64,000 nucleotides of DNA from a virus (Duplodnaviria > Caudoviricetes), in the IMG/VR virus record IMGVR_UViG_3300024246_000002, positions 610 through 64,609 of that record; one strand, 5' to 3'. Positions within the stretch are counted from its first letter, which is position 1, and each line of letters begins with the position of its first letter. The translations under genes and the position numbers were made by a program. Under the pieces are notes generated by a model. That model did no database searches, was not told the origin of the DNA, and saw only the letters and a list, made by a program, of their open reading frames with translations. Shown one piece after another: positions 45,632 to 53,500 of the stretch.

Positions 45632-46915
45632 ATGCCATTCGCTCCAGACGACTACAACATGAAAGTCCTCCTCGGCCTCCCGTTCGCCGGCCGCTACGTC
45701 CCGCCGATGTGGGCCGTCACGCTCTCCGCTCTGTGCTGGCCCATGAACATCAAGCACGCTCTCTATCCGGTGCAGGGGAAGCCTCGCGAACAGGCGCGCG
45801 AAGAGATAATCGAGAAGGCAATCGAGCTGAAATCCAAGTACGTGATGATGCTCGACGACGACGTTGTCCCGCCAGCCGACGCTCCGATGCTGATGGTCCG
45901 CGAGCTGGAGATGCACGATGAGTTCGACGTGATCGGCGGGATTGTCACGGCCAAAGGAGTGAACGCCGACCCCATGCTCTTTAAGGGCTCCTCGGGCGGT
46001 CCCTACTGGAAATGGAAGGTGGGAGAGATATTCGAGGTGGATGAAATCGCTACGGCCTGTATCGTGATTCGCACATCATTGTTCCAGACCCTCCCGAAGC
46101 CTTGGTTCCGCGACCTCAACACCTTAGAGGAGGAGAAAGAGGCGGGTGTCTACGCCGAGCCCAAGGACGTCAACGAGATCCTCCACAAGGGCGAGATGAC
46201 CGACGACATCTTCTTCTGCAAGAAAGCGAAGGCGGCAGGGCACAGAATCCTCGCGCACGGCGGAATCCTGTGCCGACACTACGACCAGTTTGGGAATGCG
46301 TTCACGCTCACTGAGGATAGCTACCCGTTCTGGCCCCCAGTCCCGCACATCATGGACATCCGCGACGCGATGAAGATTGACGGGTGGATGTCCCCGCTTG
46401 AGCTGGCGTGGCTCGCGCAGTGGGCCAAGGTCTCATCCAATATCGTCGAGATTGGCTCTTTCCAAGGGCGCTCGACGAAGGCGCTGGTGCAGAACACGAA
46501 AGGTACTGTCACGGCGATAGATTCGTGGAACGAGGACCCCACCTTGAGTCGTGAGATTGCGGTCGCCGGGAATCGCATCAACACAGTGATGCCTCCCAAT
46601 TACCTGTACGAGGAGTTCATGCGGAATCTCGGAGAGCACACGAACCTGACCGTGATGCGCGGCAAGTCCCTTGACGCAGCGGCTTCGATGAACGGCGACA
46701 AGTTCGACATGATATTCATCGACGCCTCGCACGACTACGCCGCCGTGAAGGCGGATATCGAGGCATGGAAGCCTAAGCTCGCGCCCGGCGGCGTCCTATG
46801 TGGGCATGACTTCGACCCCGTCAAGTGGCCCGACGTGGTGCGTGCGGTCAATGAGCTTCTCCCCGAGGCGAAGCTCGCGGTCGATTCGATTTGGATGTGG
46901 CAAGAAGGAAAATGA
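45632..46915 (+). CDS. GT-A glycosyltransferase fused to class I SAM methyltransferase (Methyltransf_24-like)
   Basis: YVMMLDDDV (DxD); GEMTDDIFFC; C-terminal VEIGSFQGRST, FIDASHDY, GGVLCGHDF. Confidence 0.85.
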   Translation: MPFAPDDYNMKVLLGLPFAGRYVPPMWAVTLSALCWPMNIKHALYPVQGKPREQAREEIIEKAIELKSKYVMMLDDDVVPPADAPMLMVRELEMHDEFDVIGGIVTAKGVNADPMLFKGSSGGPYWKWKVGEIFEVDEIATACIVIRTSLFQTLPKPWFRDLNTLEEEKEAGVYAEPKDVNEILHKGEMTDDIFFCKKAKAAGHRILAHGGILCRHYDQFGNAFTLTEDSYPFWPPVPHIMDIRDAMKIDGWMSPLELAWLAQWAKVSSNIVEIGSFQGRSTKALVQNTKGTVTAIDSWNEDPTLSREIAVAGNRINTVMPPNYLYEEFMRNLGEHTNLTVMRGKSLDAAASMNGDKFDMIFIDASHDYAAVKADIEAWKPKLAPGGVLCGHDFDPVKWPDVVRAVNELLPEAKLAVDSIWMWQEGK

Positions 46916-47745
46916 CAACCGAGCCTAAATCGTGGAGAGTTGGAAATAGGACCGTCACGCCCTACTCAGCGGACGACGAAGACGAACGGGGCATCCTGTT
47001 CGTCTGGGAGGAACCTCGCAATGACTCCACTTACGTCGTGTCTGTTGACCCTACAGTTGGACGTGCCGGTTGGTCCAGAGAGTTCCGAACCGAAGCCGAC
47101 CTCGACACAGATAATGCGTGTGTCGAGGTGTTTCGTGCTGGACGAGACGGACGTCAAGACGTGCAGGTGGCTGAATTCGCTGCCCCGGTTGACGCTATCG
47201 ACATCGCCCCAATTGCTGCGACTATTGGACTACTGTACGGGGGAAGCCATGAGGACGGTCAAGCTCTACTCATTGGAGAGGTTACGGGGCCTGGAGCGGT
47301 CACGCTCCGCGAACTCGTAGACCGCTACGCCTACACGAATCTGTGGCAGTGGACCCAGTGGGGCTCCGCTGCCGTCCGCCGCACCCAGCAATACTGGTGG
47401 TACTCGTCGCGCTCTGCGAATAAAGACCTGTGGATGCGCGGGCTCCATCACATCCAGAAGTATGGCGTTGTGCTCAAGTCGAAGTGGCTCGTCGAAGAGA
47501 TGGCCGATTGCGTCTCGGACCTCTGGACCCTAATCGGCGAAGCGCGCTACGGCCGCCACGATGATAGGGTGATGTCCACCCTGTTCAACCTGTGGGCGAT
47601 GCACGACTGGTCCACGCGCGAGAACCTTGAGCCCTTGGAGCGACCGTCAGAGCAGAACGCGCCGCGGTGGGAAGCCACAGATATTTCATATGATTCCATG
47701 ATAGAGAATTGGAACGAGCGGGTGGCGGCGCTCGGAGATGACTAA
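46912..47745 (+). CDS. terL: Terminase large subunit, RNase H-like nuclease domain as a separate gene
   Basis: VWEEP...YVVSVDPTVG...DNACVEVF; E..GPG; C-terminal HDDRVMS; own AAGGAAA RBS plus ATG. Confidence 0.8.
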   Translation: MTTEPKSWRVGNRTVTPYSADDEDERGILFVWEEPRNDSTYVVSVDPTVGRAGWSREFRTEADLDTDNACVEVFRAGRDGRQDVQVAEFAAPVDAIDIAPIAATIGLLYGGSHEDGQALLIGEVTGPGAVTLRELVDRYAYTNLWQWTQWGSAAVRRTQQYWWYSSRSANKDLWMRGLHHIQKYGVVLKSKWLVEEMADCVSDLWTLIGEARYGRHDDRVMSTLFNLWAMHDWSTRENLEPLERPSEQNAPRWEATDISYDSMIENWNERVAALGDD

Positions 47746-48844
47746 GGCCTATTACAACGAGAACGACCCATTCGCAGCGGCATGGCTCCGTAATCTTATT
47801 GCGGCGGGCCATATCGCCGATGGCTTCGTCGACGAGCGTTCAATCGCGGATGTAAAAGTGGAGGACTTGGATGGATTCACCCAGCATCATTTCTTCGCAG
47901 GTATTGGAGGATGGAGCTACGCCCTCAGACTCGCAGGATGGCCTGACGACAAGCCCGTGTGGACAGGCTCCTGTCCCTGCCAGCCCTTCAGCGCTGCCGG
48001 ACAACGAAAAGGATTCGGTGACGACCGCCACCTCTGGCCCGAGTTCATGCGGCTCATCCGCGAGTGCCTACCTCACGTCGTCTTTGGAGAACAGGTTGCG
48101 AGTGCGCTTGGCTGGCTCGACCTTATTTCAGGAAACTTGGAAGATGAAGATTACGCCGTCGGGTCGGCTATTGTGGGCGCACACAGCGTCGGTGCGCCGC
48201 ACATCAGGCAAAGAGTCTACTGGGTGGCCGACGCCCCAGAATCACGACGACAGACTGCGCGGCAACACGAACGCGGACCATCATTACAGACCGCACGACT
48301 TGCCGAATATGGCGATGTGGAGCACGCCTCGCTCGAACAAGCGGGGCTTCCCGGACGCGCATGGGAGCAAGGAAGCGCCAGTGGCATCGTGGGTGAGTCC
48401 GCAGAAGGGCGATGCCGACTGGGGAGGTCAGGCGAAACGCTACATAACGCCGACTCATGCGGTGAGATTGAACGACCAAGTGATGACGGCCTCATGGCCC
48501 TCCCCAATGGCGGGGACTCCAGCACAGAAGGGCTACAACGAAGCGGGGAGCACGGACTCGGGACGGAGGACACAGGAACTCGTGGGATGGGTGTCGCCGA
48601 AAGCCTCAGCGGACAAGATGGGACGCCCACACGACAAGGATTGGGGCGACTTACAGGCACAAGCTACTGGAGCGATTGCGACTGGCTCCCCTGTATCGAC
48701 GGAAAGTCCCGGCCAGTTGAACCCGGCACATTCCCGCTGGCTCATGGGATACCCAACCGAGTGGGACGACTGCGGGGCTACGGTAACGCGATTGTCCCGC
48801 AAGTCGCGCAAGCGTTCATAGAGGCCTATATGGAGGCTTGCTGA
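47738..48844 (+). CDS. C5 cytosine DNA methyltransferase, alpha chain (motifs I-VIII and X)
   Basis: FFAGIGG (I), GSCPCQPFS (IV), EQV (VI), HIRQRVYWVA (VIII), LRGYGNAIVPQVA (X). Confidence 0.9.
   Translation: MTKAYYNENDPFAAAWLRNLIAAGHIADGFVDERSIADVKVEDLDGFTQHHFFAGIGGWSYALRLAGWPDDKPVWTGSCPCQPFSAAGQRKGFGDDRHLWPEFMRLIRECLPHVVFGEQVASALGWLDLISGNLEDEDYAVGSAIVGAHSVGAPHIRQRVYWVADAPESRRQTARQHERGPSLQTARLAEYGDVEHASLEQAGLPGRAWEQGSASGIVGESAEGRCRLGRSGETLHNADSCGEIERPSDDGLMALPNGGDSSTEGLQRSGEHGLGTEDTGTRGMGVAESLSGQDGTPTRQGLGRLTGTSYWSDCDWLPCIDGKSRPVEPGTFPLAHGIPNRVGRLRGYGNAIVPQVAQAFIEAYMEAC
47871..48821 (+). CDS. Nested +1-frame ORF: probable beta chain (TRD plus motif IX) of the C5 methyltransferase
   Basis: GGAGG (47860-64) 6 nt before ATG; 316-aa open frame; W(P/S/V)(T/S)P repeats; GQLNPAHSRWLMGYP motif IX. 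Confidence 0.75.
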   Translation: MDSPSIISSQVLEDGATPSDSQDGLTTSPCGQAPVPASPSALPDNEKDSVTTATSGPSSCGSSASAYLTSSLENRLRVRLAGSTLFQETWKMKITPSGRLLWAHTASVRRTSGKESTGWPTPQNHDDRLRGNTNADHHYRPHDLPNMAMWSTPRSNKRGFPDAHGSKEAPVASWVSPQKGDADWGGQAKRYITPTHAVRLNDQVMTASWPSPMAGTPAQKGYNEAGSTDSGRRTQELVGWVSPKASADKMGRPHDKDWGDLQAQATGAIATGSPVSTESPGQLNPAHSRWLMGYPTEWDDCGATVTRLSRKSRKRS

Positions 48845-49692
48845 TGGATTCAGCAGCGAAGCAGGTAATCGTCCTCTTCAGCTACGAATACGTCAATCTC
48901 ACCGCGGTCCACACTCACCTTCAATCGCTCGCACCCGCACAGTTCCACATCGCCTCCAAGAATGGATTAGGCAGAACCATCCTCCAGCTCAATAAGTATC
49001 CGGCGGCGCCCATTAAGTGGACTCCCACCTATAACTCGTCGCATCTCGGCACTCACTTCGACTCCGCGCTCCTCTTCTGGGACGGCTCCGACCCCATCCT
49101 CCGCCCCTCAGTAGAGTTCTTCGACAAGCACCACATCCCCTATGTGATTGTCGGCCCCGAAGCGAAAGTCATTGCACCCTCGCGGTTCTATGCTACATTC
49201 CAGAATGGAGACACGAAGATGTCCTCTCATCCTCCAGCGCAAATCGTTGACCCGCCGAAGCCGCCCGATGCCTATGGGCAGTCTCAACGCGAATCGCGCA
49301 CCCGCGTCATCCTCATGCTCCCCGATTCGCTATTCCACCAGTATGAGGACCAAGCGAAATCCATAAACGTGAGCGTCGAGAAATTGCTGAGCGACCGTCT
49401 CCGCACCTGTGTCGAGCACACCTCGGGCCGGGGGCTCTACTTCGACTCCGCCACCCGCGCGGACCTTGAGCGCATTACTGGGGGCCATCTCATCCCGAAC
49501 GCCCAGATTGCGATCGAGAAGATCAAGACCGTCGTCAATCTCAAGGTCGGCGATATCACCATCGAACTCACAGAGCGGGTGCTCGCTCGCTGCGCTTCTC
49601 GTGCGAAGTCCGAGCGCAAGACCCTCGAGGATTACGTGAAGAAGGAAGTCATTCTCGGCCTTGAGCGTGTAACTGGCTTGAGGCCGTGGTAA
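48838..49692 (+). CDS. SLOG/YspA-like domain fused in frame to a ribbon-helix-helix-like domain (internal start 49219)
   Basis: ALLFWDGS...IPYVIV resembles YspA-type SLOG; GGAGA plus ATG at 49219. Confidence 0.45.
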   Translation: MLMDSAAKQVIVLFSYEYVNLTAVHTHLQSLAPAQFHIASKNGLGRTILQLNKYPAAPIKWTPTYNSSHLGTHFDSALLFWDGSDPILRPSVEFFDKHHIPYVIVGPEAKVIAPSRFYATFQNGDTKMSSHPPAQIVDPPKPPDAYGQSQRESRTRVILMLPDSLFHQYEDQAKSINVSVEKLLSDRLRTCVEHTSGRGLYFDSATRADLERITGGHLIPNAQIAIEKIKTVVNLKVGDITIELTERVLARCASRAKSERKTLEDYVKKEVILGLERVTGLRPW

Positions 49693-49702
49693 AGGAGCAA
49701 TC

Positions 49703-49948
49703 ATGGGAGATTTTAGAATCGAAGTGAATGCGACTGGTGGGCATGGCTGCCAGCGAGAAGTCAAGAGCGGTGAGTTCGTTGAGGGTTGTGGCCTTCCGAA
49801 TTGCCCTGACTGTATCGCCAGAAAGTTCGTCGCCGAACTAAAGGAGCGCGGAGTTTCATTGAAAGACGCTCTCCTAATTCACTGGCCCAATTCTGACCCT
49901 ACAATCGTAGATAACCTGCTCACAAAACGTAGAGGAGGTAGCTTCTAA
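49703..49948 (+). CDS. Conserved phage hypothetical protein
   Basis: AAGGAG RBS; GGHGCQR...CPDC. Confidence 0.55.
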   Translation: MGDFRIEVNATGGHGCQREVKSGEFVEGCGLPNCPDCIARKFVAELKERGVSLKDALLIHWPNSDPTIVDNLLTKRRGGSF

Positions 49949-50154
49949 TGGCACGTTCCAAATCCCCCATCCCCACTCCCGTTGACGAAACCACTCGCCC
50001 CGAAACCGACCTCGAGCACTCCCAGCGCTACCTCAATGACATTGATCGCGCGACGTGGCGGGGTAATCACGCTCCATCCAAAGGCGCGAAGGGAATCGTC
50101 CACAAGGTCTCTGTAGCTGAGAACGTCCCACATATCTACAAGCCCGGCTCGTAA
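49948..50154 (+). CDS. Hypothetical protein
   Basis: TAATG coupling. Confidence 0.45.
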   Translation: MARSKSPIPTPVDETTRPETDLEHSQRYLNDIDRATWRGNHAPSKGAKGIVHKVSVAENVPHIYKPGS

Positions 50155-50190
50155 TCGGAGCCCATCCCCAATCACGAAGAGGTAACCCAG

Positions 50191-50328
50191 ATGGCGACAT
50201 TCGGCGGTAAAGAGAAGCCAGAGTTCAAGTCCAAGTTCGGCAAATCAGGCGGTGAAATCGGCAAGTCCAAGCCCTTCGGCAAAGCGGAGAAGAGCGAGAA
50301 GAAGTCCGCCGGCCGCAAGAAGTATTAA
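50191..50328 (+). CDS. Very small Lys-rich protein (45 aa)
   Basis: MATFGGKEKPEFKSKFGKSGGEIGKSKPFGKAEKSEKKSAGRKKY; GAGG RBS; below the ORF-track cutoff. Confidence 0.6.
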   Translation: MATFGGKEKPEFKSKFGKSGGEIGKSKPFGKAEKSEKKSAGRKKY

Positions 50329-50339
50329 GGGAGCCAGAG

Positions 50340-50756
50340 ATGCCCAAGTATTTGGATCTTGAGTGTCCCTGTGGCGCTCAGGTCGATGACCTCTTCGTGA
50401 TGAAAGTCCCTCCGAGAATCGTCCACCTTGAATGCGGACGTGAGATGGAGCAGGTCTTCCGCCTCCGCCCATCTATCCCCGCGCTCGAGAAGAATCTCGC
50501 CGTGGTGTTCCGCGACAAGCATGGCCGGATTCGCTACCCCGGCCGTAATGACGCGCCGACGCCCTCGGGCTGCGAGCGCCTCGTGATTGCGCCCCGCGAG
50601 ATGGACCGATTCTGCCGCGAGAACAATGTCCTGCACGAGGACTCCAATTTCAACCGTGGCGGTCGGGGCTACGACGGCGGTGGGACTGACCCGCGACTCC
50701 CGAGTGAAGAGAAGCGCTACGAGCGGTTCAGGGAATCGACAAGAGGGATAATCTAA
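50340..50756 (+). CDS. FmdB-like Zn-ribbon protein preceding the portal
   Basis: MPKYLDLECPCG...HLECGREMEQV. Confidence 0.6.
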   Translation: MPKYLDLECPCGAQVDDLFVMKVPPRIVHLECGREMEQVFRLRPSIPALEKNLAVVFRDKHGRIRYPGRNDAPTPSGCERLVIAPREMDRFCRENNVLHEDSNFNRGGRGYDGGGTDPRLPSEEKRYERFRESTRGII

Positions 50757-52673
50757 GTGGCCGAGCCCCAAGCCCCCGCAGGAAGCCTCAATGATAGTGA
50801 GCAAGAGCATCTCGACGCCGTTCTAGGCTGGGCTAACGACGCGCTCGCTGAGGGCGAATCCTTCCTCAAATCCCAAGTTGGGTACTCACAGATTTCTACA
50901 TGCATCGACTACATCATGGGCGACTACTCCCGCGATATGGTCCCCGGCTCGTTCTCGAAGCTCATCGACAATCGATTCGGCAAGATCGCCCTCGACTTCG
51001 CCGGCGCGATGACCGACATCAAACCCTTCTGGAATTACACGACCCAGAACAAGCGCTACGAGCAACAAGCAGTGCTCGGCAACAAGTTCACTAAGCACTG
51101 GTGGACCTCGCGCCTCATCGACCTCAAGTTCTGCGACTGCATCAAGTACGCCGAGGTCGCGGGCTCGGGCTACGCTCACCTCTTCTACAACGAATTCACG
51201 GGGGATAATGACTGTTCGCCTGAGGATCCGCGCGATTGCCTCCCTATTCGTCCGCCGAACAACATCTCCATCCAGGATGCGATGGGGCTAATCGTCCGCC
51301 GCGAGCGTCCGCTCAATTACCTCCGTGCCAAATACCCCCGCCAATGGGACCGTGGCCTAATCAAAGCCGACCGCGACATGTCCGCAGCGATGATGGAGAA
51401 AGTCACTCGCGCTCAATCCACGATGCAGCGGATGGGCTTCAGCGGGTTCATGCAGAACCTGTGGGCGTCGCTCGGCGGGAAGCCCGCGGCGCACATGACC
51501 ATTCCCTCCGCAGACGTATTCACGCTGCACGTTCACGATCTGCGGCGGAACGAGGGCGCTTCGCGCGTGTGGGTGGGGGAGGGGACTCCCGAGAAGCATC
51601 CCAATTGGTCCTACTGGGTAGACCCCGGCGACCGTCTCTATCCTCGCGGCCGCACCATCACCTTCACTCGCACTTGTGTCCTCCGCGACGGCCCGAATAT
51701 CTACTGGCACGGACTCTTCCCTATCGTCAAGATTCCCTTGGACCCATGGCCTTGGACGTGGCTGGGCAAGCCCCCCTTGATGGACATCCTGACGCTCCAA
51801 GATGAACTCCACCGACTCCTGCGCGGCGTGAGCGACCATAATCAAAAGGTGTTCAGGCCCGACCTTATCGCTGACAAGAACGCTATCTCTCGCGCCGCGA
51901 TGGCGGCGATCGACACGCGCAAGGCCGGCTTGAAGCTCCGCACCAATCCAGTAGCCGGGAAGAACGCAGAGCTTCAGTACGCTCAGCCTCTCGACCCCTC
52001 CGTCCAACTGGCTATCCAAGACCTCCGCGACGAGATGGACAAGATCAGCGGCGTCCGCGACATGCAGCAGTTTATGAACCTCGGCCAAATTCCATCCACG
52101 GAAACGGTCGAGAAGATTCTCGAAGCGATGTCACCTGCTATCAGGATGCGCTCGCGAGTCCTCGAAGCATCGCTCCGAGAGTTCGCGATGATGTCCCTCT
52201 CGAATGTCTTCCAGTTCTACACTCTCGAAGACCGGATGGCTGTGCTCGGCGACGAAGGGATGACCTTCGAGGACGCCGACAACGACGCTGGCACGATGAT
52301 TCCCGCCTACATGAGCCAAGAGCACCAGAAGGAAGGGAAGAACGTCGAGCGCCATATCCGGGCGAAGTGGTTCCTCAAGCAATTTACGTATGACGTGGCG
52401 CCGGGCTCGCTGCTGAGCGCGTCTGAGGTGACGGACAAGCTCCTTTACATCCAGCTTATGAGAGCTGGATTGATGGACATTTGGACATTGTTCGAGAAGC
52501 TCGGCATCCCGAACGCGGGCAAGGCTCCTGATGGTGCCATCACCATCACCGACCGCCTCATCGCCCAGAACAATATGGGGCTGACGCCTCAAGTAAGCAC
52601 CACCGGCCGCAAAGCCTCCGGCGAAACGATGCCTAAAATGGGCGGAGCTGGGAAGATTACGGAGTCCAAGTGA
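50757..52673 (+). CDS. Portal protein
   Basis: 638 aa; helical N-terminus, beta-rich middle (RTITFTRTCVLRDGPNIYWHG), LQDELHRLL...DLIAD, ISGVRDM; position between terminase and scaffold. Confidence 0.85.
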   Translation: MAEPQAPAGSLNDSEQEHLDAVLGWANDALAEGESFLKSQVGYSQISTCIDYIMGDYSRDMVPGSFSKLIDNRFGKIALDFAGAMTDIKPFWNYTTQNKRYEQQAVLGNKFTKHWWTSRLIDLKFCDCIKYAEVAGSGYAHLFYNEFTGDNDCSPEDPRDCLPIRPPNNISIQDAMGLIVRRERPLNYLRAKYPRQWDRGLIKADRDMSAAMMEKVTRAQSTMQRMGFSGFMQNLWASLGGKPAAHMTIPSADVFTLHVHDLRRNEGASRVWVGEGTPEKHPNWSYWVDPGDRLYPRGRTITFTRTCVLRDGPNIYWHGLFPIVKIPLDPWPWTWLGKPPLMDILTLQDELHRLLRGVSDHNQKVFRPDLIADKNAISRAAMAAIDTRKAGLKLRTNPVAGKNAELQYAQPLDPSVQLAIQDLRDEMDKISGVRDMQQFMNLGQIPSTETVEKILEAMSPAIRMRSRVLEASLREFAMMSLSNVFQFYTLEDRMAVLGDEGMTFEDADNDAGTMIPAYMSQEHQKEGKNVERHIRAKWFLKQFTYDVAPGSLLSASEVTDKLLYIQLMRAGLMDIWTLFEKLGIPNAGKAPDGAITITDRLIAQNNMGLTPQVSTTGRKASGETMPKMGGAGKITESK

Positions 52674-52912
52674 GATACTTCATCGGTCAATCCGACATAG
52701 ATTGGAGCGACAGCCGCTGGAAGTATAAGTGCTCTCGGAATATTCCCTTGCGTCGTCGCGTCGGATTCATCGGGCTGTTTGACCGCAACCTGCAAAAGTT
52801 CATCTGGTTCCGCATCGTGCGAAAGGCGCAAAATCGGTATGGCTATATTGTTGAGCGTAACCAGCCTCCTATAGCCTATTGGAAGAACGCGATTAAGTTG
52901 GAGTCCAAGTGA
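52670..52912 (+). CDS. Hypothetical protein
   Basis: GTGA overlaps at both ends. Confidence 0.35.
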   Translation: MRYFIGQSDIDWSDSRWKYKCSRNIPLRRRVGFIGLFDRNLQKFIWFRIVRKAQNRYGYIVERNQPPIAYWKNAIKLESK

Positions 52913-53124
52913 GCGACCCCACTCGCATCGACGCAGGCAAGAACGACCTCCGTATCGAAATCGTCATCAACCCTCTCGCCAAGACCGTCTCCATCACCGA
53001 GAACGTCCACGACCCAATCCTCTTCGCCTACCTACTCGGCCAAGCTCTCCAGACCTACTCGCAGCGTCAGATGACCCGCAAGGCCGCGCTCGCAGCGCTC
53101 CCGACGAATGGCGGCTCATCGTGA
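52909..53124 (+). CDS. Hypothetical protein
   Basis: Coupled ORF. Confidence 0.45.
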   Translation: MSDPTRIDAGKNDLRIEIVINPLAKTVSITENVHDPILFAYLLGQALQTYSQRQMTRKAALAALPTNGGSS

Positions 53125-53194
53125 ACGTCGTGAACGCGGTTGATTTCCCAATTGATTCAGACCAATCTATCGATGTTAGCGGGAGGACTCCACC

Positions 53195-53494
53195 ATGCTG
53201 TATGAAGCCCAGGTAACAATTGCATCCACCGGAACCGCCGTTCAGCTCTCGACAACGCGCGCCGCCGCGACATGGGTCCAGGTCCAGTCCCCATCGACCA
53301 ACAACGCCACGGGAGTGACGCTCGGCGGATCCGATGTGACCGTCGCCTCTGGGCTGAAACCGGGCGTAGTCATCGCCCCAGGCGGCACGCAATTCCTCCC
53401 TGACGTAGGCACACCAGGGGCTTATAGCCTCTCGACTATCTGGGTGAACGGCACGACCGGCGACAAGGTCAACGTCCTCTACTTCCGAAGGTGA
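53195..53494 (+). CDS. Small beta-sandwich structural/decoration protein
   Basis: GGAGG RBS; ...IWVNGTTGDKVNVLY resembles small virion decoration proteins. Confidence 0.55.
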   Translation: MLYEAQVTIASTGTAVQLSTTRAAATWVQVQSPSTNNATGVTLGGSDVTVASGLKPGVVIAPGGTQFLPDVGTPGAYSLSTIWVNGTTGDKVNVLYFRR

Positions 53495-53500
53495 CATTAT

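Noticed and set aside
45054-46911. Possibility that the terminase insert is a group I intron carrying the LAGLIDADG gene
   Set aside because: No P3/P7 core or non-coding space is present at either junction; the insert is fully coding and the downstream half has its own RBS. RT-PCR would be the final test.
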